From assembly GCA_964548125.1 (NCBI GenBank), contig CAZJQN010000002.1:1-60406 (forward strand): 60,406 nucleotides of DNA, given 5' to 3'. Source of the DNA: an uncultured Bacteroidales bacterium. Its GTDB lineage: Bacteria > Bacteroidota > Bacteroidia > Bacteroidales > JAAYUG01. This document shows, in pieces, positions 36,838 to 45,654 of the stretch (position 1 is the stretch's first letter; each line of letters begins with the position of its first letter). Position numbers and translations under genes: made by a program. Under the pieces are notes generated by a model. It ran no database searches. It was not told where the DNA came from and was given only the letters and a program-made list of their open reading frames with translations.

Positions 36838-37070
36838 TTACCTAAGAACTATTTTTTCCTGATGCAGGATATTGCCACTTTTATCCTGATATCTGATTAT
36901 GTAAATGTCTTTTGACAATTTTGACAAATCGAGCTTATTGCAATCATTAAAAACATATACCTTTTTCCCGTCCAGGGTGTAAACTTCAGCCCGTTCAGCT
37001 TTATTCTTCATAAAATAGTTTGATTTTGGGTTCGATTAATTTACGATCCGTGGTGATTTCTGGTTGCAAC
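36838..37070 (-). pseudogene. Remnant of a type A T9SS C-terminal sorting domain (3' end of a lost cargo gene)
   Basis: The minus-strand 57-codon ORF (37011..36838) reads MKNKAERAEVYTLDGKKVYVFNDCNKLDLSKLSKDIYIIRYQDKSGNILHQEKIVLR*. Immediately upstream, in another frame, it reads KLQPEITTDRKLIEPKIKLFYEE (compare the CTD start .YPNPTTD.L.I). There is no signal peptide and no upstream body. Confidence 0.5.
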
Positions 37071-37322
37071 TTTTTAATCAACGGAGTTGAGAAAGAGATG
37101 AACGTGTGTTTTTTGATGATGAGTTATAACATTGTGTTGCCGGAATTGGCCCTAACCCGGATATAAAAAAGTTGGTTTTGAAAAGCAGGATCCGGTATGC
37201 TGAAAGTAATCGATTGATCAGGCTTATCTAAAGTGGAGCAATAAACGAATTGATGGAGTCCGATGAAATAAAAAAGGAATAGGCAATCAGGGGGAAATCT
37301 TTGTTTGTTTCCAAAGGCATCT

Positions 37323-37330
37323 TACCTTTG
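37323..37330 (+). promoter_or_regulatory. -7 box (TAnnTTTG) for purM
   Basis: TACCTTTG ends 20 nt before ATG 37351 but only 8 nt before ATG 37339. This supports 37351 as the true start. Confidence 0.4.
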
Positions 37331-37350
37331 GCAGTTAAATGAATTGTTAT

Positions 37351-38523
37351 ATGAGTTCCGATTCACGGTATAAACGTCGCGGAGTGTCTGCATCTAAGGA
37401 GGATGTCCATAAGGCAGTTAAAGGCCTGGAAAAAGGAATTTTCCCGGGAGCATTCTGCAAAATATTGCCTGATTTTCTCACAGGAGATCCGGAATATTGT
37501 CTGGTCATGCATGCCGACGGTGCCGGGACCAAGTCTTCTCTGGCTTATGTGTACTGGAAGGAAACATGTGATATGACGGTATGGAAAGGAATTGCCCGTG
37601 ATGCCATTGTTATGAATACAGATGATTTATTATGTGTGGGTGCTACCGGGCCGGTGATCCTTTCTTCTACCATAGGACGGAACAAAAATCTAGTTCCTGG
37701 CGAAGTAATTTCTGCTATTATCAGCGGAACGGAGGAGGTTCTGGAAGAGATGCGGAGTTTTGGCTTTCCCATCTATAGTGCCGGCGGTGAAACAGCTGAT
37801 GTAGGCGATCTGGTGCGTACCATTATTGTTGATTCCACGGTTGTATGCCGGATGCGGCGTAGAGAAGTTATCAGCAACGATACAATACAGGATGGGGATG
37901 TTATTGTTGGGCTTGCATCCTTTGGACAGACTACTTATGAAAAAGAATACAACGGAGGAATGGGAAGCAACGGACTCACCTCTGCACGGCATGATGTTTT
38001 TGCTCATTATCTTGCTGATAAGTATCCTGAAAGTTATGACAATTCCATACCTTCGGACCTGGTATATTCCGGAAGTTACCGCCTTACCGACAGGATTGCT
38101 GAACTTGGCCTCGATGCCGGCAAACTTGTTTTATCGCCTACTAGAACCTATGTTCCTGTAATTATGAAGATTCTGGCGCGTCACCGGGAAAATATTCATG
38201 GAATGATTCATTGCTCAGGAGGAGGACAGACCAAAGTATTACACTTTTTAAAGGGAGTTCATGTTATTAAGGATAACATGTTTCCTGTACCTCCGTTGTT
38301 CCGGATTATTCAGGAACAATCGGGAACAAGCTGGCGCGAAATGTACCAGGTTTATAATATGGGACATCGTTTTGAGCTTTATGTACCTGCTGAAATCGCG
38401 GCCGATATTATTGAGATTGCCGCTTCCTTTCATCTCGATGCCCGTATCATAGGTCGGTGCCAAGCTTCAGACCTAAATAAGGTGACTATAGCAGGCGAAA
38501 CAGGGGTGTTTGAATATATCTGA
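37351..38523 (+). CDS. purM: Phosphoribosylformylglycinamidine cyclo-ligase (AIR synthase), Bacteroidota long form
   Basis: MSSDSRYKRRGVSASKEDVHKAV... N-terminus, DGAGTK, and the PurM N/C domain layout. Length is ~390 aa. Confidence 0.85.
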   Translation: MSSDSRYKRRGVSASKEDVHKAVKGLEKGIFPGAFCKILPDFLTGDPEYCLVMHADGAGTKSSLAYVYWKETCDMTVWKGIARDAIVMNTDDLLCVGATGPVILSSTIGRNKNLVPGEVISAIISGTEEVLEEMRSFGFPIYSAGGETADVGDLVRTIIVDSTVVCRMRRREVISNDTIQDGDVIVGLASFGQTTYEKEYNGGMGSNGLTSARHDVFAHYLADKYPESYDNSIPSDLVYSGSYRLTDRIAELGLDAGKLVLSPTRTYVPVIMKILARHRENIHGMIHCSGGGQTKVLHFLKGVHVIKDNMFPVPPLFRIIQEQSGTSWREMYQVYNMGHRFELYVPAEIAADIIEIAASFHLDARIIGRCQASDLNKVTIAGETGVFEYI

Positions 38524-38594
38524 CAGGATGCTTTATATCATATTCTTATTTTTTCTAAAATAATACTTTCGTTAAATTTTAAATCCATTTTCCA

Positions 38595-40697
38595 ATGAGC
38601 AACTTTTTCCGCATTTTTTTACTGGGCATACTACTGACAGTATTTTGTCAGGTGAACCGTTTGTCTGCTCAGACTGATTTTCTAACCGATACCGTTACAG
38701 CAGGTATATACGATATGGGGAAAATGTGGACTTTTGATTATCCCCCTAAAGACTATTTCACCTCTACTTATAATTTCCCTGCTGATGATGAATGGTTTCG
38801 CGGAGTCAGGATGGCAGCCCTTCGATTTGGAAGGGGATGCTCTGCCTCGTTTGTTTCAGAAGAAGGCCTCGTAATGACTAATCATCATTGTGCCCGCGGA
38901 ACGGAACTCTCTGTTCAGAAACCAGGAGAAAATCTTACCGCCAACGGTTTTTATGCTTCCAAAATTTCGGATGAACGAAAAGTAGAGGGACTTTTTGTTG
39001 ATCAACTGGTAAAGATCGAAGATATTACCAATCAGATTCAGGCAGCTCTGAAAGCTGATACTACGGGAGCAAGTCCTGCCACTATCGCTCAAAAGGAATT
39101 TGAAAAAATCAGAGCTGATTATGGAAACCGTGATGATTGGAAAGGTCTGGAACTGCAGTTAATCACATTTTATAACGGTGGCAAGTATTCCCTGTATGGG
39201 TTTAAACGTTACCGGGATGTTCGCCTTGTTTTTATTCCTGAATTGCCATTGGGATTTTTTGGAGGCGATTTCGATAATTTTACCTATCCGAGATATTGTC
39301 TTGACGTTAGTTTCTTCAGGGTATATGATGATTCAGGAAAACCATTGAAAACTAAAGACTTTTATAAATTCAATCTTCAGGGAGTTCAGGAGGGTGAACC
39401 GGTATTTGTGGTCGGGAACCCGGGTTCAACCCTGCGATTATCAACGATGGCTGATTTGAAATTCCGCAGGGATGTATATTTACCATTTCAGGTATCTTTT
39501 CTGAAGAGCGTCTCTCTTATTCTTCAGGAATACAATGCAAAAGTCAGGAAAGACAGCATCCAGAATATTATTTTTGGTTTGGAAAACAGTTATAAAGCAT
39601 TGCGGGGTGAACTTGACGGTTTGAAAGATCCCTATCTGATGGCCAGAAAAGCTGCCTTTGAGAAGAAATTCAAGGAAGATGTGGCTATGCGTCCTGACCT
39701 TGCATCCCAGCTGGGTGTTTGGGACGCTATTGCTGAAGACAATGAAAAACTTCCCTCCTTGTTTCTGACACTGAATATGATGAACCCCGGTCCTTTCCTT
39801 GCTGGGCAGTATCTTTCCTTTGCTAACAGCGTAGCGCAAATGAAATATTACCAGAAAAATGGTGACAGAAGAGCCGGAATGGTGAAACAAAGGCTGGCAG
39901 CTTTTACAAATCCTTCCTCTTTTGAAGTGGAAGAAAAGCTCCTTTCTTTCTATCTTACTTCATTGAAAGCCACGCTGGGCGCTGATGATCCTCTGGTTCG
40001 GCAAGCCCTGCAGAACCGTACTCCTTCAGAAGCAGCAAAATGGCTTCTGGCAAATACATCACTGGGCAATTCTGTTTATCGTTCGCAACTTATCAATGAT
40101 AGTCTTCCCGTATCGGCCTTAGATGATCCTTTGTACGCAATTGCCCGGATGCAAGCTGAACGATATTTCAGCATTGTCACTGAATATCAAACCATTCAGG
40201 ACCGTCTGGCATCGAACCGTAGCAAGTTGGGGCGGATGTTGTTTGATTTATACGGTACCAGAATTCCTCCTGATGCCACCTTCAGCCTGCGCATCAATGA
40301 CGGCGTAGTAAAAGGTTATGAGTATAATGGAACTGTAGCACCATATAAAACAACGTTTTACGGACTGTATGACCGGTATTATTCATTTAATGGGAAAGAA
40401 CCCTGGAATTTGCCTGAACGATGGAAAAATCCCCCTCAGGAGCTTCTCCGTACAGGTCTGGATTTTGTGACGACCAATGACATCATCGGGGGAAATTCAG
40501 GAAGCCCTATGATAAATCGCAATAGGGAAGTTATTGGTCTTGTTTTTGACGGTAATATGGAGAGTCTGCCCGGAAGATTCATTTATGTTGACGAAAAGAA
40601 CAGGGCGGTTGGTGTTAATTCTCTGGCTATATATAACGCTCTGAAATATATATATAAGGCAAAGCGGCTGACGAATGAGCTCTCGCAGGGGAGGTAA
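38595..40697 (+). CDS. Peptidase S46 (dipeptidyl-peptidase 7/11 family)
   Basis: Signal peptide, catalytic His context GLVMTNHHCA, a long helical insert, and catalytic Ser context TTNDIIGGNSGSPMINRNREVIGLVFDGN. Length is 700 aa. Confidence 0.9.
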   Translation: MSNFFRIFLLGILLTVFCQVNRLSAQTDFLTDTVTAGIYDMGKMWTFDYPPKDYFTSTYNFPADDEWFRGVRMAALRFGRGCSASFVSEEGLVMTNHHCARGTELSVQKPGENLTANGFYASKISDERKVEGLFVDQLVKIEDITNQIQAALKADTTGASPATIAQKEFEKIRADYGNRDDWKGLELQLITFYNGGKYSLYGFKRYRDVRLVFIPELPLGFFGGDFDNFTYPRYCLDVSFFRVYDDSGKPLKTKDFYKFNLQGVQEGEPVFVVGNPGSTLRLSTMADLKFRRDVYLPFQVSFLKSVSLILQEYNAKVRKDSIQNIIFGLENSYKALRGELDGLKDPYLMARKAAFEKKFKEDVAMRPDLASQLGVWDAIAEDNEKLPSLFLTLNMMNPGPFLAGQYLSFANSVAQMKYYQKNGDRRAGMVKQRLAAFTNPSSFEVEEKLLSFYLTSLKATLGADDPLVRQALQNRTPSEAAKWLLANTSLGNSVYRSQLINDSLPVSALDDPLYAIARMQAERYFSIVTEYQTIQDRLASNRSKLGRMLFDLYGTRIPPDATFSLRINDGVVKGYEYNGTVAPYKTTFYGLYDRYYSFNGKEPWNLPERWKNPPQELLRTGLDFVTTNDIIGGNSGSPMINRNREVIGLVFDGNMESLPGRFIYVDEKNRAVGVNSLAIYNALKYIYKAKRLTNELSQGR

Positions 40698-40781
40698 TCC
40701 TTGCAGGAATTAATATGCCGGTAATCTTTGGTGCCTGCAACAGGTAGCAGAATTACTCCATGTCCGGCATATATGAAAAAA

Positions 40782-40832
40782 GGAATACGCTAAGAACCAG
40801 AAAGTTTCCTATTCTTAGTGTATTCCCTTTTA
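40782..40832 (+). terminator. Candidate rho-independent terminator after the S46 peptidase gene
   Basis: 15-bp stem GGAATACGCTAAGAA (40782-40796) / TTCTTAGTGTATTCC (40812-40826), with one G-U pair and a 15-nt loop, followed by CTTTTAG. Confidence 0.5.
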
Positions 40833-40935
40833 GTATGCATCAGGTTGCTTACCTTATTTAGGTGGATTTCTCTATCCTGCAAAAAGCGAACTGCAGGTTC
40901 TCTGAAACACGGGACGAAACACCAAACAATTATAT

Positions 40936-40943
40936 TACCTTTG
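40936..40943 (+). promoter_or_regulatory. -7 box (TAnnTTTG) for prfA
   Basis: TACCTTTG ends 22 nt upstream of the ATG at 40966. Confidence 0.45.
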
Positions 40944-40965
40944 CAATTCAAATTCAATATAAACC

Positions 40966-42051
40966 ATGTCCGATAATTTTATTCTGGAAAAACTCGAAGG
41001 CGTCAGGTTGCGGTTTGAGGAGATAGGACAGATGCTGACCGACCCTGAAGTTATTTCTGACATGAAGCGTTTTGTTAAGTTAAATAAGGAGTACCGTGAG
41101 CTCGAACCTTTGATGGATGCATACAAAGAGTATAAATCTGTGCTTGCAGGTATTGAATCGGCCAAAGAAATACTGGAAAAGGAAAATGACGAGGAACTGC
41201 GGGAAATGGCGCGGGAGGAATTGAACAACCTGACAGTGAAAATTGATCCTCTGGAAGAAAAAATTCGCATATTGCTTCTGCCTGCCGATCCGGAGGATTC
41301 CAGAAATGCTATACTGGAAATTCGTGCCGGGACGGGTGGAGATGAAGCCAGTCTTTTTGCAGGAGATCTCTTCAGGATGTACGCAAAGTACATTGAAAAA
41401 AAAGGTTGGAAGCTTGAGGTTACAAGCTTCTCAGAAGGTACTGTCGGTGGATACAAGGAAATTGTTGCCAAAGTTACCGGTGACGGTGTTTATGGTATAC
41501 TAAAGTATGAGTCGGGAGTGCATCGGGTACAAAGAGTACCTCAGACGGAAACACAGGGAAGAATCCATACCTCGGCTGCAACTGTTGCTGTATTGCCTGA
41601 AGCAGAAGAATTTGACGTTGTTATCAAACCGGAAGAAATCCGGAAAGACACATATTGTTCTTCAGGGCCTGGCGGACAAAGTGTGAATACAACCTATTCA
41701 GCCGTTCGGCTAACACATCTTCCGACAGGAATCGTGGTCACCTGCCAGGATGAGAAAAGCCAGATCAAAAATTATGAGAAAGCATTGAACGAACTGAGAA
41801 CGCGACTATACAACATGGAATATCAGAAGCGGATGGAGGAGATTGCATCCCGGCGTCGTACAATGGTTTCAACAGGTGACCGTTCAGCAAAAATTAGAAC
41901 GTATAACTACCCCCAGGGTCGGGTGACCGACCATCGCATTAACCTGACCCTTTATAATCTTCAGGCCATCCTGAACGGAGACCTCGATGAAATTATTGCC
42001 CAGTTGCAAATGGCCGAAAACAGTGAACGGCTCAAAATGGCCTCTGTCTGA
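40966..42051 (+). CDS. prfA: Peptide chain release factor 1
   Basis: PAT-type recognition region, GGQ motif [12 protein letters not shown], 361 aa, and no internal frameshift. Confidence 0.97.
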   Translation: MSDNFILEKLEGVRLRFEEIGQMLTDPEVISDMKRFVKLNKEYRELEPLMDAYKEYKSVLAGIESAKEILEKENDEELREMAREELNNLTVKIDPLEEKIRILLLPADPEDSRNAILEIRAGTGGDEASLFAGDLFRMYAKYIEKKGWKLEVTSFSEGTVGGYKEIVAKVTGDGVYGILKYESGVHRVQRVPQTETQGRIHTSAATVAVLPEAEEFDVVIKPEEIRKDTYCSSGPGGQSVNTTYSAVRLTHLPTGIVVTCQDEKSQIKNYEKALNELRTRLYNMEYQKRMEEIASRRRTMVSTGDRSAKIRTYNYPQGRVTDHRINLTLYNLQAILNGDLDEIIAQLQMAENSERLKMASV

Positions 42052-42070
42052 TTTTTTTTATCTTTAACCT

Positions 42071-42904
42071 ATGACATATCAGGATATAACCCGGCAAATC
42101 GTCAGTAAGAAAAGTTATCTCTGTGTAGGACTCGATACGGATATTAACAAGATACCCCGTTTCCTGATGGAAAAAGAATATCCTGTTTTTGAATTCAACC
42201 GTGCAATTATTGACACAACTGTGCCATTTACAGTGGCTTATAAGCTGAATACAGCTTTTTATGAAAGCCTTGGTGCGGCCGGATGGATTTCCATGGAAAT
42301 GACGGTTGATTACCTGAAGAAAAATTATCCTGATGTATTTGTTATAGCCGATGCCAAGCGGGGGGATGTGGGAAATACCTCCAAAATGTATGCTCTGGCT
42401 TTCCTGAAGAATATGTTATTTGATGCAATAACAGTTACTCCTTATATGGGAGAAGACTCCGTTTCCCCGTTTCTTTCAGTAGAAGGAAAGTGGATCATTT
42501 TGCTTGCCATTACTTCCAATAAGGGAGCCGAAGATTTCCAGATGAGCATTCAGCAGGAAGGTTCAGAAAAACTCTGGGAAAAAGTGGTGCGAACATCTTT
42601 AAAATGGGGTTCCCACAATAATATGATGTTTGTTGTAGGAGGTACCCGACCGGAAGTCTTTAGTAGAATGCGGAAACTGGCTCCGGAGCATTTTTTTCTG
42701 GTACCGGGTATCGGAGCGCAGGGAGGTGACCTGAAGGCGGTGTCTTCTGCTGGACTTACTCCAAAAGGGGGATTATTGGTCAATTCTTCGCGTGCTATCA
42801 TATATGCTGATGGAACTGACCGTTTTGCTGAAAGTGCCGGTAACATGGCCCGAGACTTACAGAAGGAAATGGAAATATATCTCAGACAGTCACGGGTGAT
42901 ATAA
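42071..42904 (+). CDS. pyrF: Orotidine 5'-phosphate decarboxylase (type 2)
   Basis: LCVGLDTD, ADAKRGDVGNTS, VTPYMGEDS and LVPGIGAQGG. Length is 277 aa. Confidence 0.9.
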   Translation: MTYQDITRQIVSKKSYLCVGLDTDINKIPRFLMEKEYPVFEFNRAIIDTTVPFTVAYKLNTAFYESLGAAGWISMEMTVDYLKKNYPDVFVIADAKRGDVGNTSKMYALAFLKNMLFDAITVTPYMGEDSVSPFLSVEGKWIILLAITSNKGAEDFQMSIQQEGSEKLWEKVVRTSLKWGSHNNMMFVVGGTRPEVFSRMRKLAPEHFFLVPGIGAQGGDLKAVSSAGLTPKGGLLVNSSRAIIYADGTDRFAESAGNMARDLQKEMEIYLRQSRVI

Positions 42905-42910
42905 TTAAAA

Positions 42911-44197
42911 ATGGGAATGAACGAAGAATTCCTGCATTTTATATGGAGGTATAAACTCTTTGACTTGCCCCTTTCAGATAAGGAAAACCAGGTGGAAATA
43001 GAAGTCCTTTCAACAGGAATTCCCAATCCTGATGCAGGCCCCGATTTTACCGATGTGAGAATACGAGCAGGCAGTACCATTTGGGCAGGTAATGCTGAAA
43101 TTCATTGCAGAGCCTCCGATTGGAACCGGCATGGGCATCAGTTTGATCCGCATTACAATAACGTGATTCTTCACATAGTAGAAATTAAGGATGCAGAAGT
43201 GAAGAATGCTCTCGGACAGGAAGTACAGACCCTGGAGATAACATGGAACAAAGCATTGACCCAAAAATACCTTTTACTGCTGAACAACCACAGTAAAATC
43301 GGTTGCCGCGATTTTCTTAATTCTTTTGATCCTATTTTGTTAACTCACTGGATGAACAGGATGATCGTGGAGCGTCTGGAACAAAGAACAGAAGCCGTTT
43401 TTCAGTTACTGGATGAGACAGCGGGCGACTGGCAGGAAGTTTATTACAGAAGGCTTCTTATGGCGCTTGGCATGAATATAAATGCCCAACCTTTTGAAAT
43501 GCTCTCCCGGTCGCTTCCATACGCCGTTTTGAGAAAGCATATCGGCAATCTTTTGCAAACCGAAGCGCTTTTGTTGGGTCAGGCAGGTTTTCTCGAGGAG
43601 AGGTTGTTCCCGGAAGAATATTTTCTTGCATTACAAAAGGAATATGCTTTTCTGAAGGCTAAGTATGGTTTAAGGCAAGTTGACAGAACGTTATGGAAAT
43701 TTATGAGAATGAGACCGGGAAGTTTTCCAACTCTGCGGCTGGCACAATTTGCCAAACTTCTTCAAGATAGAATGACAGAATTTGATGTATTGCGACAGGC
43801 GGTTCATCCAACTGATTTTCTGGCCTGGTTTCATACTGAAGCATCCGGATTCTGGAATACCCACTATCATTTTGACAGGCTTTCAGAACCATTTCCTAAA
43901 AGACTGGGGAAAACGGCAGCTTCTTTGCTGGTTATCAATGCTGTAGTGCCTGTGTTGTTCGCCTGGGGAAAGAGGAACGGAAATCAGGATTTGCTGCAAA
44001 AGGCTATTTCTTTTCTTGAAACCATGCCTCCGGAAGAAAACCAGATTACAAGGGCATGGGAAAAGGCAGGAGTAACAGTTTCTAATGCTGCGGATGCACA
44101 GTCCCTTATTCATTTGTACCGACAATATTGCGAAAAAAAATACTGCCTTCGTTGTGCTATAGGTAACAAACTGATGATGCAGTCAGTTGTTTGTTAG
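42911..44197 (+). CDS. DUF2851 family protein
   Basis: N-terminus MNEEFLHFIWRYKLF...GPDF.D..I......WAGNAEIH..ASDW..HGH..D..YNNVILHIV is the characteristic DUF2851 signature (from memory). The C-terminal C..C pair is CEKKYCLRC. Confidence 0.8.
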   Translation: MGMNEEFLHFIWRYKLFDLPLSDKENQVEIEVLSTGIPNPDAGPDFTDVRIRAGSTIWAGNAEIHCRASDWNRHGHQFDPHYNNVILHIVEIKDAEVKNALGQEVQTLEITWNKALTQKYLLLLNNHSKIGCRDFLNSFDPILLTHWMNRMIVERLEQRTEAVFQLLDETAGDWQEVYYRRLLMALGMNINAQPFEMLSRSLPYAVLRKHIGNLLQTEALLLGQAGFLEERLFPEEYFLALQKEYAFLKAKYGLRQVDRTLWKFMRMRPGSFPTLRLAQFAKLLQDRMTEFDVLRQAVHPTDFLAWFHTEASGFWNTHYHFDRLSEPFPKRLGKTAASLLVINAVVPVLFAWGKRNGNQDLLQKAISFLETMPPEENQITRAWEKAGVTVSNAADAQSLIHLYRQYCEKKYCLRCAIGNKLMMQSVVC

Positions 44198-44242
44198 AGT
44201 GAATTGTTTTGATTTGGTTGAAACTATTGATGGAATAATATT

Positions 44243-45160
44243 ATGAAAACAATCCTTATAACCGGGAGTAATGGATTGCTTGGCCAGAAGATTGTCCGTT
44301 GTTTCCGTAAAACCGGAAACTATACCATTGTGGCAACATCTTTTAGTCCTGACAGGATGGAGGAGAAAGGGTATATTTTTGAACTGATGGATATAACCAA
44401 TCCGGTTGAAGTGGATTATATTATCTCTAAACACCGGCCATCCATCATTATTCATACAGCAGCCATTACCCAGGTCGATACTTGTGAAACACATAAAAAG
44501 GAATGCTGGGATACCAATGTGCAGGCTGTAGAAACTCTGTTAAAAAGTGCAGCAAAAAGTCATGCCTATTTCATCCATCTTTCCTCTGATTTTGTTTTTG
44601 ATGGCAAGGCAGGGCCATATTCCGAGACAGATCAGACCGGACCAGTGAACTATTATGGCATATCCAAGCTGGAAAGCGAGAAAGTAGTGATGCAGTACAT
44701 GGGAAAATGGGCGATTGTTCGTACAAGTCTAGTTTTTGGTTTGAATCCAAGCCTGGCCAGGCCAAATTTCATACTCTGGCTGCGGTATGCATTAAAAGAA
44801 GGGCAAAAAATTCGGGTGAACAATGATCAGTTTCGTACACCGACATTCGCAGAAGATTTGGCAGACGGATTACTGGCTCTGGCACAAAGGGAAAAGACAG
44901 GGATTTTTCATCTGGCCGGAGGGGAGTTTATGAGCATTCTGGAACTGGCTGAAAAAGTAGCGAAGTATTTTGGGTTGGATCAAAGTCTTATTGAAGCTGT
45001 TTCCACCAGAGACCTTCATGAAACAGGAATTCGGCCTATGAAAGCAGGTTTACGTATTGAAAAAGCTTTTCATGAATTAGGCTACAGGCCGTATACTTTT
45101 GAGGAGGCTCTTGAAATTCTTGACCAGCAGATCCAGCAACAGGATCGTAATGAATTTTAA
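44243..45160 (+). CDS. SDR-family NAD(P)-dependent reductase, RmlD (dTDP-4-dehydrorhamnose reductase)-like
   Basis: Rossmann ILITGSNGLLGQ, HTAA...VD, catalytic YYGISKLESE (YxxxK). Length is ~300 aa. Confidence 0.7.
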   Translation: MKTILITGSNGLLGQKIVRCFRKTGNYTIVATSFSPDRMEEKGYIFELMDITNPVEVDYIISKHRPSIIIHTAAITQVDTCETHKKECWDTNVQAVETLLKSAAKSHAYFIHLSSDFVFDGKAGPYSETDQTGPVNYYGISKLESEKVVMQYMGKWAIVRTSLVFGLNPSLARPNFILWLRYALKEGQKIRVNNDQFRTPTFAEDLADGLLALAQREKTGIFHLAGGEFMSILELAEKVAKYFGLDQSLIEAVSTRDLHETGIRPMKAGLRIEKAFHELGYRPYTFEEALEILDQQIQQQDRNEF

Positions 45161-45191
45161 GGTTACCTGATTGTTTTTTGGAAAAAATACA

Positions 45192-45199
45192 TAATTTTG
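45192..45199 (+). promoter_or_regulatory. -7 box (TAnnTTTG) for rpsO
   Basis: TAATTTTG ends 48 nt upstream of the ATG at 45248. Confidence 0.45.
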
Positions 45200-45247
45200 C
45201 AGGTCTTAATTAAATGAGTATAAATAACAAACAATTGCCGATTACAC

Positions 45248-45517
45248 ATGCATTTGACAAGCGAACAGAAACAGGAAATTTTCAGGAAATTTGGGAAATC
45301 GGAAACGGATACCGGTTCGCCTGAAGCGCAGATTGCATTGTTCAGTGAACGGATAGGTCATCTCACCGAGCATCTGAAACTTCACAAGAAGGATTTCAGT
45401 ACGCAACGGGCTTTGCTGAAGCTTGTTGGTAAGCGCCGCAGGTTGCTTGATTATCTTTACGATACAGATATTGAACGGTACCGTAAGGTAGTTAAAGCAC
45501 TAAATTTGCGTAAGTAA
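45248..45517 (+). CDS. rpsO: 30S ribosomal protein S15
   Basis: 89 aa. [43 protein letters not shown]. Confidence 0.97.
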   Translation: MHLTSEQKQEIFRKFGKSETDTGSPEAQIALFSERIGHLTEHLKLHKKDFSTQRALLKLVGKRRRLLDYLYDTDIERYRKVVKALNLRK

Positions 45518-45568
45518 AGTAATTTCCTGTTCATACAGGAATTGTAATTTGATTAATATCCGGAGGAG

Positions 45569-45605
45569 CAACGCGTTTGCGCACCGCGCAAGCGCGTTGA
45601 TTTTC
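45569..45605 (+). promoter_or_regulatory. GC-rich hairpin in the rpsO-pnp spacer (attenuator/terminator or pnp-leader processing site)
   Basis: 14-bp stem CAACGCGTTTGCGC (45569-45582) / GCGCAAGCGCGTTG (45586-45599), with one G-U pair and a 3-nt loop, followed by ATTTTC. It is preceded by a weaker hairpin TTCCTGT-tcat-ACAGGAA (45524-45541). Confidence 0.55.
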
Positions 45606-45654
45606 AAAAACGCTTTATGGGAAGGCACTGCCTTTGTAAAAAAAAGTAATATCC

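Noticed and set aside
37020-37060. tRNA-like T-loop sequence (GGGTTCGATTAAT), and a similar GGGTTCAATTGAC at ~47950
   Set aside because: The flanking bases cannot form a T-stem or an acceptor stem. I found no cloverleaf by eye, although tRNAscan-SE/Infernal should confirm this.
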